From NCBI GenBank assembly GCA_963801355.1, contig CAWDEM010000008.1, forward strand, positions 2,464,001-2,528,000: a DNA stretch of 64,000 nucleotides, in the 5' to 3' direction. The stretch is from Ignavibacteriota bacterium (GTDB taxonomy: Bacteria; Bacteroidota; Ignavibacteria; UBA10030; UBA6906). The notes under the pieces are model-generated. The model searched no databases and was not told where the DNA came from. It saw only the letters and a program-made list of their open reading frames with translations. This document shows positions 39,853 to 48,606 of this stretch, in pieces. Position 1 is the first letter of the stretch. The number at the start of each line of letters is the position of its first letter. Made by a program: the position numbers and the translations under genes.

Positions 39853-42315
39853 TTAGAATCTCAGGCGCGCACCGATGCGCATCCGGCGCGGCGGGCCGTA
39901 GTTGCTCGGATCCTGCATGTACTCCAGGGAATGCCCCCCGTCATAGGTCACATCCGGCTCGCCAGTATCGGTCCAGACGTACACCACGTTTTTCGCGTTC
40001 GTCAGGTTGAGGACTTCAATAAACACTTCAAGGGACAAGGGGGCAATTTTCCACGCTTTGCTGGCCTCCAGATCGATCGAAAAGGTCGGCGGCATGCGTC
40101 CGGAATTCTTCGGAATGTAGTTGCTCCTCCGTGCCGACGGCGTGTAGGGTTCTCCGCTGGCAGCCTTCACCAGAACATCCCACGTGGTGTTTTCCAGCGG
40201 TCGAAGTCCCAGCAGTGAAGGGCCCTCACCCTCGGGAATGCCGACGATCAGGTTCATGTTGAACATGTGTGTCCGGTCCCAGTTGAGCGGATACAGCAAT
40301 GTCGACTTGGTGGTCCCGGGATAATCTTCCTGCTCCGAAGAAGCGCTCCCTTTGGCCACCGAGTAGGTATAGGTGATCATGCCTCCCACATAGCCGACGC
40401 GGCGCATGTTCAGCCGGACTTCGAACGATTTGATGTTGGCATACGCTTCGTTCACGTAGATTGTATAGGCAACGTATCTTCCGCCGGCGTAGGGGTAGTA
40501 GTACTGCGTCCCGATCAGACCGGTGACATCCTTGTATGCCGCCGTGAAGGATCCCGAAAGGGCGTCGGTGAATTGATGGCTGACGCCGACTTCATAGGCC
40601 GTGGTGCGTTCAGGATTCAGATCCGGTTGGCCAAAAAGCGGTTCCTTGACAGCGATGTCATACTGAGAGTTTTCAAACAGCCGCAGGTAATCAGGGTTCT
40701 GGAAAAAACGGCCGTAGGAAAAATGAAGCGATGTCCGATCACTGATCGGGTGGGCAACTCCGAGGCGCGGGCTCCATTGTTGTTTCGGCTGGGACTGGAC
40801 TATTGAGGTCGGATCAAGCGGATTCGATCGGAATGGCGAGCGCTGATTCGCGTAGTCGTAGCGGAGACCAAGGTTTACCACCAGGGCGGAGAGCGAAATT
40901 TGATCCTGCACATATGCCGAACCTTCGAGCGGCTTCTGTTGGAATGAAGTGATGTACGGATTCACCCTTTTGGGGTCGTACACGTCAAGAAAATCGAGTG
41001 TGTGTTTCTTGAATTCAAATCCGGCACGGATTTCGTTCCACGTGTCCGCCTGCCAGGTCGCGTCGCCCTTGATATCAATTGTGGTGGTGGCATTCTTTGT
41101 CAACTCGACCGGGTCCTCCAGCGAATAGAACTCATGACCGTTGCCGGCGCTGCTGACATATTCGTATGAGCCGACAGGGATGTATTGCGAGGTGTCCTTG
41201 TCGACGCCGGAGTAGTACGACTGTGAGAAGTAGGAGACGCGGAGGTCGTAGAAGAATGACGGAGAGACGGTATGCGTGATGCCGAGAATTCCCTGGCGAC
41301 TCATCTCGCGCACGCGCAGGTACTGCTCGGGAATGTATTTCCACCTGTGGTTGTACGGACGGTTGTCCTCGTCGGTGTACCGCCATGTGAGAGTGGTCTT
41401 CACCGACGAAAGGGGCCGCGCGGAGAGCTTGCTGATCAGCGATATGGTCTTGTCCGAGCCGAAGGGAAGCCAACTTCCGCGGGCATCACGTTCGCCGCTC
41501 AGGTAGAACCCGAGATCATCGCCGAATATCGGTCCGCTCAGCGATCCCGTGTACCGGTTCTCGTGATAGGTGGAAAAGGGCTTCACAAGGAAATCGCTGG
41601 TGCGACCTTCAAGGAAGCTCGAGAACGATTTACCTCCCTCCTTTGTGACGATGTTTACGACGCCGCTCATGGCACCGCCGTATTCAGCGTTGAACGTCCC
41701 GCTCATCAACAGGAGTTCGGATATCGCGTCGTTGTGGATCGTGGTCCCGCGGGAGCCGAGGACCGGGTCCTTGACATACATCCCGTCGATCAGATACGCC
41801 ACTTCGTTGCTCCTCCCGCCGCGAATATAAAGGGTGTTACCCGAACCGGCCACGCCTGCCTGAAGAGCGAGCACCTCGGCGAAGTCCTTCGCCGGCAGCT
41901 GGGAGATCTGTTCGCTGCTGACCACTACCACAGACGCCGTCGCGTCCCGCTGGAAGGGAGGTGCGACGGCCTGGACGACAACCTCATCCATGTCGACCGT
42001 CGATGGGGCGCACTGTATGTCGATGGTCGTGGTCCGGTCCAACTCGACCCTCACGTTTTTGATGGACGTGGTTGCGTATCCGATCAACGTGACGCGCAGA
42101 TCATAGGCTCCCGGCGGAATGTTGAGGATGAAGTATGTTCCGTCGGGCCCCGTTGAGCCACCGAGGCGTGTGCCCACAACGGTGACATTCGCTCCGGCCA
42201 GCGGCTCTCCGCGGCCCCGTTCGGTCACCGTGCCGGCGATCTTCCCCGTCGTTCCGGCAAAGAGCGTGGTGCAGAACAGCGCTGCCGCCCAGGTCAGGTG
42301 AAGGAGAGACTTCAT
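39853..42315 (-). CDS. TonB-dependent receptor with N-terminal carboxypeptidase-regulatory-like domain
   Basis: GTTGKIAG, IRGGRSNEVAYLIDG, FNAEYG.AMSGVVNIVTK plug, SPRLG, terminal F. Confidence 0.9.
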   Translation of the reverse strand: MKSLLHLTWAAALFCTTLFAGTTGKIAGTVTERGRGEPLAGANVTVVGTRLGGSTGPDGTYFILNIPPGAYDLRVTLIGYATTSIKNVRVELDRTTTIDIQCAPSTVDMDEVVVQAVAPPFQRDATASVVVVSSEQISQLPAKDFAEVLALQAGVAGSGNTLYIRGGRSNEVAYLIDGMYVKDPVLGSRGTTIHNDAISELLLMSGTFNAEYGGAMSGVVNIVTKEGGKSFSSFLEGRTSDFLVKPFSTYHENRYTGSLSGPIFGDDLGFYLSGERDARGSWLPFGSDKTISLISKLSARPLSSVKTTLTWRYTDEDNRPYNHRWKYIPEQYLRVREMSRQGILGITHTVSPSFFYDLRVSYFSQSYYSGVDKDTSQYIPVGSYEYVSSAGNGHEFYSLEDPVELTKNATTTIDIKGDATWQADTWNEIRAGFEFKKHTLDFLDVYDPKRVNPYITSFQQKPLEGSAYVQDQISLSALVVNLGLRYDYANQRSPFRSNPLDPTSIVQSQPKQQWSPRLGVAHPISDRTSLHFSYGRFFQNPDYLRLFENSQYDIAVKEPLFGQPDLNPERTTAYEVGVSHQFTDALSGSFTAAYKDVTGLIGTQYYYPYAGGRYVAYTIYVNEAYANIKSFEVRLNMRRVGYVGGMITYTYSVAKGSASSEQEDYPGTTKSTLLYPLNWDRTHMFNMNLIVGIPEGEGPSLLGLRPLENTTWDVLVKAASGEPYTPSARRSNYIPKNSGRMPPTFSIDLEASKAWKIAPLSLEVFIEVLNLTNAKNVVYVWTDTGEPDVTYDGGHSLEYMQDPSNYGPPRRMRIGARLRF

Positions 42316-42325
42316 GGTTGGACCT

Positions 42326-43207
42326 CTACTCAGTGAAGTAGTGCCCCGCCTGGCGAAGAAGATCTTCCGTCTTTCTGAGGTTGTCGGTGGCCCGGTGCTT
42401 GCTGCGCAGGGCGACCTCTGTGGTCAGAGCGTTGATCAGGACGGAGATGGCGGAGATGGAGTTGGTGAAGAGCAGATTCTGACTGGCAATCGGCAGAACC
42501 GCTCTGCTGACGAAACAGACGGGTGATGTCACCCGATCGGTCACAGCTACCACTGGAATGCCTCTCGATGCGAGAGCCTGCGCCGTGTCAATCGTCTCGC
42601 GGGAATAGGGCTGGAACGAAAAGGCGACGGCGACGTCCGACGGGCTGACCTGATGAATCTGTTCAAAAAACGTCTCGTGCTCGTGGGCAAAGGGCGTCGA
42701 GCGCACCGCGACCTGATTGAGCGAATACGAGAGCACTCTCGCCAGCAACGAGGAGATGCCCAGACCGAACGTGTAGACGTGGGCAGCCTTGAGGAACATC
42801 TCTGACACCCGGACGAAAACCGCACGATCGATCTGGGTGATGGTCTGATTGATGTTCTTCACGTCCTGCTGCGCTACGGCCGTGAGGGTCTCTTCGTCGC
42901 TCTCTCCCGACAGCAGCGGATATGTTTCGGCGCCTGAGATCTCTGATTGGGCGCCTTCGCGCACCCGCTCCCGGAGCTCGAGGTATCCGGAGAAACCCAG
43001 GCTTTGGGCGAGCCGGACGACGGTCGCCTTGCTCGTCCCACTCAGGTCCTCCAGATTGATCACCGACAGGAAGGGCACCTCCCGGATGCGCTGAAGCAGC
43101 ACGTCAGCCACCTTGCGCTGATTCTCCGGGAGGTTGGGATAAGCAGACTGAACGATAAACGGGAGATCGATCGGAGCTTCCCGTTCCTTTTTAGCCTTTC
43201 GCGCCAT
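42326..43207 (-). CDS. MurR/RpiR-family transcriptional regulator
   Basis: HTH SKATVVRLAQSLGFSGY; SIS domain FGLGIS, VAVTD...SP. Confidence 0.9.
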   Translation of the reverse strand: MARKAKKEREAPIDLPFIVQSAYPNLPENQRKVADVLLQRIREVPFLSVINLEDLSGTSKATVVRLAQSLGFSGYLELRERVREGAQSEISGAETYPLLSGESDEETLTAVAQQDVKNINQTITQIDRAVFVRVSEMFLKAAHVYTFGLGISSLLARVLSYSLNQVAVRSTPFAHEHETFFEQIHQVSPSDVAVAFSFQPYSRETIDTAQALASRGIPVVAVTDRVTSPVCFVSRAVLPIASQNLLFTNSISAISVLINALTTEVALRSKHRATDNLRKTEDLLRQAGHYFTE

Positions 43208-43212
43208 TGCGA

Positions 43213-45150
43213 TTATTTCTGCAGTACCATCTTTGTTGTCGACACAAATGATCCTGCCATAAGCCTGCAGAAGTACACCCCACTGGCCAGCCGGCTGCCG
43301 TCAAATCTGAACGAGAATTGTCCCGCTGGATAGTCTCCATCGGCCAGGATGGCAACTTCACGGCCAAGCAGATCGCAGACAATCAGTTTCACGTGGCCGG
43401 CAACCGGCCACTGACAGTTGACCACTGTCGACGGGTTGAACGGGTTGGGATAATTTTGCCGGAGCGCGAATCCTTCCGGTACGCCGAGGCTCACCTGCTC
43501 GACCGACGTAGAGAGGTTATACCTCTGAACTGCCGCATCGCTCACCGTGCGGAGGCCTTCGAGGCTTGTGCTGTACAGGTACGCTACCGTGTACGCAACT
43601 GAGCCCTTTGCAGCAATCGTCTCGGTTCCAAAATTGAGGTTGAAGAACGAGCCGTTGACCCCTGCCACGATGGGGGCATCGAACCCGGGAAGAGCCGTCA
43701 TACGCCAGCGGGTCGAATCAGTCGCCGCGTCAGCGTTCGCGTCCGTGGGGGAATACACGTCCCAGTCGAGCGCATGGAAGGAAACCGGATCCCGACCGAT
43801 GATCTTTACGCCGGTATACGGTGTTTCACCCTGCCGGAAGAAATACGCCATCTTCTTCGTGGCATCATACGCCACTGTCTCGCCCCCATAGGTCTCGGAG
43901 GGTTCGGGCACGCACCCCATGCCGATGTGCACCGTGCTGGCCGCCGCTGAGTAGTTTGTGATGGTATAGTCCACAAGAACGAACGGGTCGTTCTTCCACG
44001 CGTGGACCCCTCCGAGAACGCGGACGTCCGGAGGGGCGGGCGGATCCTGCCACGAATTGTCGAACAGCGCCGTCGCGACTGTATCGGCCGCCCCGCCGAT
44101 GGAGAGGGCAGCCGACGTCATGACATAGTACGCGTCTTCCTCATAGTCGAACACGTGGGCGGAATCAAGCCCGATGACGAGCGACGCACGACCCAACTGC
44201 GTATAGAAGTCTTTGTCGTAGAGCGCCAAGCTGCCGGCCCTGTTCAACTTGAACCTGACGTTGCCCGTCCCACCGTAGACGTTCTTCACAGCCGACGCGG
44301 CCAGTAACTTGGCATAGCGCTGCTCCGCCGAATCACTCATCGCGCGGAGGCCTTCGAGGCTTGTGCTGTACAGGTACGCTACCGTGTACGCAACTGAGCC
44401 CTTTGCAGCAATCGTCTCGGTTCCAAAATTGAGGTTGAAGAACGAGCCGTTGACCCCTGCCACGATGGGGGCATCGAACCCGGGAAGAGCCGTCATACGC
44501 CAGCGGGTCGAATCAGTCGCCGCGTCAGCGTTCGCGTCCGTGGGGGAATACACGTCCCAGTCGAGCGCATGGAAGGAAACCGGATCCCGACCGATGATCT
44601 TTACGCCGGTATACGGTGTTTCACCCTGCCGGAAGAAATACGCCATCTTCTTCGTGGCATCATACGCCACTGTCTCGCCCCCATAGGTCTCGGAGGGTTC
44701 GGGCACGCACCCCATGCCGATGTGCACCGTGCTGGCCGCCGCCGAGTAGTTTGTGATGGTATAGTCCACAAGAACGAACGGGTCGTTCTTACTTGCGTAC
44801 ACGTTTTCGATGACTCGGGCATCCGGAGGAGGGGGTGGATCCTGCCATGAATTATCGAACAGCGCCGTTGCGACCGTGTCGGCCTTTCCTGCCGACGAGA
44901 GAATGACCGAGGTGGTGAGATACATTGCATCTTCCTCATAGTCGAACACGTGCGCGGAATCAAGCCCGATGACGAGCGACGCACGACCCAACTGCGTATA
45001 GAAGTCTTTGTCGTAGAGCGCCAAGCTGCCGGCCCTGTTCAACTTGAACCTGACGTTGCCCGTCCCACCGTAGACGTTCTTCTGTGCCAACATGCAGGTC
45101 GGGAGCAACAAGACCGCCATGAGAGAAAGTGTAACAAAGGTTCGATTCAT
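43213..45150 (-). CDS. T9SS substrate with two tandem ~265-aa uncharacterised domains
   Basis: Start MNRTFVTL with AGGAGG SD; signal peptide; internal duplication; CTD QNYPNPFNP...SGVYFCRL. Confidence 0.85.
   Translation of the reverse strand: MNRTFVTLSLMAVLLLPTCMLAQKNVYGGTGNVRFKLNRAGSLALYDKDFYTQLGRASLVIGLDSAHVFDYEEDAMYLTTSVILSSAGKADTVATALFDNSWQDPPPPPDARVIENVYASKNDPFVLVDYTITNYSAAASTVHIGMGCVPEPSETYGGETVAYDATKKMAYFFRQGETPYTGVKIIGRDPVSFHALDWDVYSPTDANADAATDSTRWRMTALPGFDAPIVAGVNGSFFNLNFGTETIAAKGSVAYTVAYLYSTSLEGLRAMSDSAEQRYAKLLAASAVKNVYGGTGNVRFKLNRAGSLALYDKDFYTQLGRASLVIGLDSAHVFDYEEDAYYVMTSAALSIGGAADTVATALFDNSWQDPPAPPDVRVLGGVHAWKNDPFVLVDYTITNYSAAASTVHIGMGCVPEPSETYGGETVAYDATKKMAYFFRQGETPYTGVKIIGRDPVSFHALDWDVYSPTDANADAATDSTRWRMTALPGFDAPIVAGVNGSFFNLNFGTETIAAKGSVAYTVAYLYSTSLEGLRTVSDAAVQRYNLSTSVEQVSLGVPEGFALRQNYPNPFNPSTVVNCQWPVAGHVKLIVCDLLGREVAILADGDYPAGQFSFRFDGSRLASGVYFCRLMAGSFVSTTKMVLQK
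43549..45082. repeat. Intragenic direct repeat, 795-bp period (43549-44287 and 44344-45082)
   Basis: Near-identical at DNA level except one ~150-bp diverged patch. Confidence 0.92.
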
Positions 45151-45161
45151 CGTTCCTCCTG

Positions 45162-46553
45162 TTAATGATAGTGGAACAGAAAGGGGGGTATGAGAAGCAA
45201 TAATGCAAGGACAAAGAAAAATACCTGCACTGGAAGCATCCATTTGAACCAGCGTTCCCACGGGATTCCGGCGAGTCCGAGCACGCCCATCGTGACCCCC
45301 GACGTCGGAAGGATTGGATTGATCCACCCCTCGCCGAACTGGAACGCAAGCACCGCCGTCTGCCGGGAAATCCCCACGACATCCGCCAGCGGGGCCATCA
45401 CCGGCATCGTCAGCGCGGCCTGTCCGGAGCCGGAATGCACGAAGAAATTGATGATCCCCTGCGTCACAAACATCGCCTGCGCCGCAAGAATCGGGTGCAA
45501 ACCGGATATCATATTCGCCAGTCCGTACAGCATGACATCCAAAATCTTCCCGTCCGTCGCCACCACAAGAATAGCGCGCGCGCACCCGATGATGAGTGCA
45601 ACCCCCACCATATCCCGGGCCCCTTCCTTGAAGGCATCCGCCGTGGCTGAGACCGAAAGACGGCCCAGAGTCCCCCCGGCAATACCCAGCCCGAGGAAGA
45701 GCCCGGCAATTTCATTGATGTACCACCCGAATTTCAACACGCCCACAACGAGAAAAAGCATTGCCGCGCCGAACAGACCAAGCACAAGACGCTGCGGCAC
45801 CGTCATGCCCGGCTGGGGCGTCCCGGACAGATGCAGGCTGCCCTTCCGTTCACAATCCAGGTCGTACACCGGACTCTGCTCCGGAGATGCTTTGATCTTC
45901 CGTGCATACAGCGCGACAAAGGTGATCATGCAGGTGGTGCTGATGACCCAGATGATCATACGGTATTCGATACCTGAATAGAGGGGGAGTTCCGCAATCC
46001 CCTGCGCAATGCCGATGGTAAACGGGTTCAACACCGCGCCGGCGAATCCCGCCGCCGCCCCCAGGAAAGGGATCGCCGTACCCACAATGGAGTCATAGCC
46101 GAGAGAGAGCGCAAGCGGGATGAAAATAAGCACAAACGGCATCGTTTCCTCACACATCCCGAACACCGCTCCGCCGAGGGAAAAGATGGTCATCGTGACG
46201 GGAATAAAGAACTTCTGGAGGCGCGGGCGACGGGCAAAGGTGAATGCCATCGACTGGACCGCGGTGGTGACCGCACCTGTCTTCTCCAGCACTTTGAACG
46301 TTCCGCCGATAAGGAATACAAACGCGATGATATGGGCCGCTTCGATGAACCCCTTCACCGGCGAAATGAGAAGCGCCCCGATGCCTTGCGGGTTACTCGG
46401 GACTTCCGTAAAAGATCCGGGCACCACGAGCGTTCTGCCGTCTTTCACCTGGCGGGTGTAGCTCCCCCCGGGCAGAACCCACGTCGCCGCCGCCACGAGG
46501 GCGACGACGGAAAAAATCATCACCAGCGTGTGAAAATGAAACGACAGTTTCAT
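45162..46553 (-). CDS. YfcC-family (ion transporter superfamily) membrane transporter
   Basis: PGGSY.R, GMCEET, NPFTIGIAQGIAELP.YSG, SGSGQA..TMP.MAPLAD, PTSG. Confidence 0.88.
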   Translation of the reverse strand: MKLSFHFHTLVMIFSVVALVAAATWVLPGGSYTRQVKDGRTLVVPGSFTEVPSNPQGIGALLISPVKGFIEAAHIIAFVFLIGGTFKVLEKTGAVTTAVQSMAFTFARRPRLQKFFIPVTMTIFSLGGAVFGMCEETMPFVLIFIPLALSLGYDSIVGTAIPFLGAAAGFAGAVLNPFTIGIAQGIAELPLYSGIEYRMIIWVISTTCMITFVALYARKIKASPEQSPVYDLDCERKGSLHLSGTPQPGMTVPQRLVLGLFGAAMLFLVVGVLKFGWYINEIAGLFLGLGIAGGTLGRLSVSATADAFKEGARDMVGVALIIGCARAILVVATDGKILDVMLYGLANMISGLHPILAAQAMFVTQGIINFFVHSGSGQAALTMPVMAPLADVVGISRQTAVLAFQFGEGWINPILPTSGVTMGVLGLAGIPWERWFKWMLPVQVFFFVLALLLLIPPFLFHYH

Positions 46554-47476
46554 GGAATGCCCCTTCGCCGGAGGGGCACGAGCCGGCGCATGTCATAGCG
46601 ATCACCGTCGAGAAGGATGTCCATGCGCACGCCGTCGGCACCCAGGTTACCTTCCGTGTCATTGTGGATGTTCACCGCCCGGGATGCATCGAGTATCATG
46701 ACGCTTCCCTTCCCCGCCACCCGGAAGGTGCTGTCGGGTGCGACGATCACCGCCGTTGCCTCATCTATGCCGATGCCCACATGTGGTGCATGCTCCAGGA
46801 CGACGCTGATCAACCGGTTCATCCGTTTCCGCCGGATGAAATGCTGATCCACGATCACGGTCGTGAGTAATCCCAGCCCCTCCGTGACCACAACGTTGTC
46901 CCGTTTGATGAACACGAACCCGTTCACGGAATCACGGTTCAACTTCTCGTCTCCGGTCAGCATGACGGCACTCATGACGGCCGCACCCGCACTGGTGCCG
47001 CCGATCACCGCCCCCGAGCGGTACAACGCTTTCAGCTTGCCCTGCACCGGCGTTCCCACGAGTTCCTTTGTGATGCGCGATTGGTCCCCGCCGGTGAAGT
47101 ACACCCCCGTGACGCCGTTGAACTCGTCGAGAATGCCGGGGGACATTGCCTGTTCGCGCGTGATGAAAAGCGACCGTGCGCTCCCCACGCCCAACCCGTG
47201 GAACTCTTCTGCCATTTCACGCCCGGTCGTGTCCCCATCGCCGCTGGCCATGGGCAGAATGAGTATGGATGCGTGCGCGGGCCCGCCGGCCAGGCGCACG
47301 TATTCTTTCATGAGGTCGGGGCTGCGGTGACCGCCCCCGATAATAAAGAGATGCCCGCCCCTGGGCCCCCCGCCTGCCGCTGGACCCGAGAGACCGGCAA
47401 GGAGCAGAAGCATGCTGAAGACGACAGCACCCTGGTGACGGATGAAATTCCCCGGGCGGTTGTCAGACGTTCTCAT
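46550..47476 (-). CDS. Cyanophycinase (peptidase S51) with signal peptide
   Basis: IIGGG, FTGGDQ, GGTSAGAA, DQHFIRRKRMNRL, GIGIDEAT; hydrophobic leader VVFSMLLLLAGLSGPAAG. Confidence 0.88.
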   Translation of the reverse strand: MRTSDNRPGNFIRHQGAVVFSMLLLLAGLSGPAAGGGPRGGHLFIIGGGHRSPDLMKEYVRLAGGPAHASILILPMASGDGDTTGREMAEEFHGLGVGSARSLFITREQAMSPGILDEFNGVTGVYFTGGDQSRITKELVGTPVQGKLKALYRSGAVIGGTSAGAAVMSAVMLTGDEKLNRDSVNGFVFIKRDNVVVTEGLGLLTTVIVDQHFIRRKRMNRLISVVLEHAPHVGIGIDEATAVIVAPDSTFRVAGKGSVMILDASRAVNIHNDTEGNLGADGVRMDILLDGDRYDMRRLVPLRRRGIP

Positions 47477-48581
47477 CGGGTGCCCTCTGGATCAGGTCGT
47501 GAGCGATCGCATAGGCGTTCGCAAAATCCCCGAGCAGGATAAATTCGTCTTTGCCGTGCGGATTCTGCGCTCCGACCCCGAGATTGACAGCCGGGAGATT
47601 TTTGGCGTTGAGCATGTTTGCATCGCTGCCGCCGAGATACTCGATCGGATCCGGCACCAGCCCGAGCCGTCGCAGCACAGTGCACGCGCGCCGGAAGACC
47701 GGGGCATCAGACGAGAGTGTGAAGGGAGGGAAATCCACTGCGCTCTGTATTTCCACGGTCGACTGAAACTCACGGCCGGTGGCTTCGAAGAGCGCAGTCA
47801 TATCGCCCAGGTACGCGTCGATCTCCCCGGGCAGAAATGAGCGCACTTCGCCTTCGATGCAGCAGCTGTCGGGGACGACGTTGGTCGCGGTGCCGCCTTT
47901 GATGATGCCGACGCTGGCGGTCATCTTGGGCGCCAGCCGCCCGATACGCATCCGCGCGATCGCGTGGGCGGCCATCTGGATCGCGTTGATGCCTTTCTCC
48001 GGAGCCACCCCCGCATGTGATGCCCGGCCGTGAAATGTCGCCGTGTACACAGACGAGCCGACACACGATTGGATGAACGTCCCGGGCCGCCGCGAGCAGT
48101 CAAAGATATACGCCATCCTCGCGTTGAACGGCGACAGGTCGACGTGCCTGGCACCCCACATGCCCAGCTCCTCCGCAACGGTAAAAACCACCATGGCGTT
48201 GCCCAGCGGTTGCGTTGTTGCGGTTGAACGCAGCGCGTGCAGGAGGATGCTCACGCCCGCACGGTTATCCACACCGAGGATCGTGGATCCGTCACCGGTG
48301 ATGCGATCGGAGGCAACGACCGGGCGGACGCCCGCGGTCGGCGAGGGGGTGTCAAGATGAGCAAACAACACGGTCGCAGGCAGATCCGGGGAAAACGTGT
48401 GCGGCACACAGATCAGGTTGCCGCACCCCGTTCCCAGTACTGATGCAGCATCATCCTCGACAATCCTTACCGGCAGTCCTGACAGCTTCTCCCGGACGAA
48501 GGCAGCCATGGGCGCCTCATGGAGCGACGGCGCGTCAACCCGGACTGCCTCCAGGAACAGCTCCACCAGCGGTGAGAGCAT
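47463..48581 (-). CDS. M20-family peptidase T-like metallohydrolase
   Basis: AHLDT, LGVDNRAG, AEELG, HAG.APEKGINAI, GGSDAN, NPH..DE; no signal peptide. Confidence 0.87.
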   Translation of the reverse strand: MLSPLVELFLEAVRVDAPSLHEAPMAAFVREKLSGLPVRIVEDDAASVLGTGCGNLICVPHTFSPDLPATVLFAHLDTPSPTAGVRPVVASDRITGDGSTILGVDNRAGVSILLHALRSTATTQPLGNAMVVFTVAEELGMWGARHVDLSPFNARMAYIFDCSRRPGTFIQSCVGSSVYTATFHGRASHAGVAPEKGINAIQMAAHAIARMRIGRLAPKMTASVGIIKGGTATNVVPDSCCIEGEVRSFLPGEIDAYLGDMTALFEATGREFQSTVEIQSAVDFPPFTLSSDAPVFRRACTVLRRLGLVPDPIEYLGGSDANMLNAKNLPAVNLGVGAQNPHGKDEFILLGDFANAYAIAHDLIQRAPDENV

Positions 48582-48606
48582 GGGAAAGGGTTTCCAGAAG
48601 AGAGGT

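Noticed and set aside
43990-44945. Diverged patch within the near-identical repeat as a DGR template/variable-region pair
   Set aside because: Differences are not adenine-specific, both copies are in-frame coding, and no reverse transcriptase is in the window
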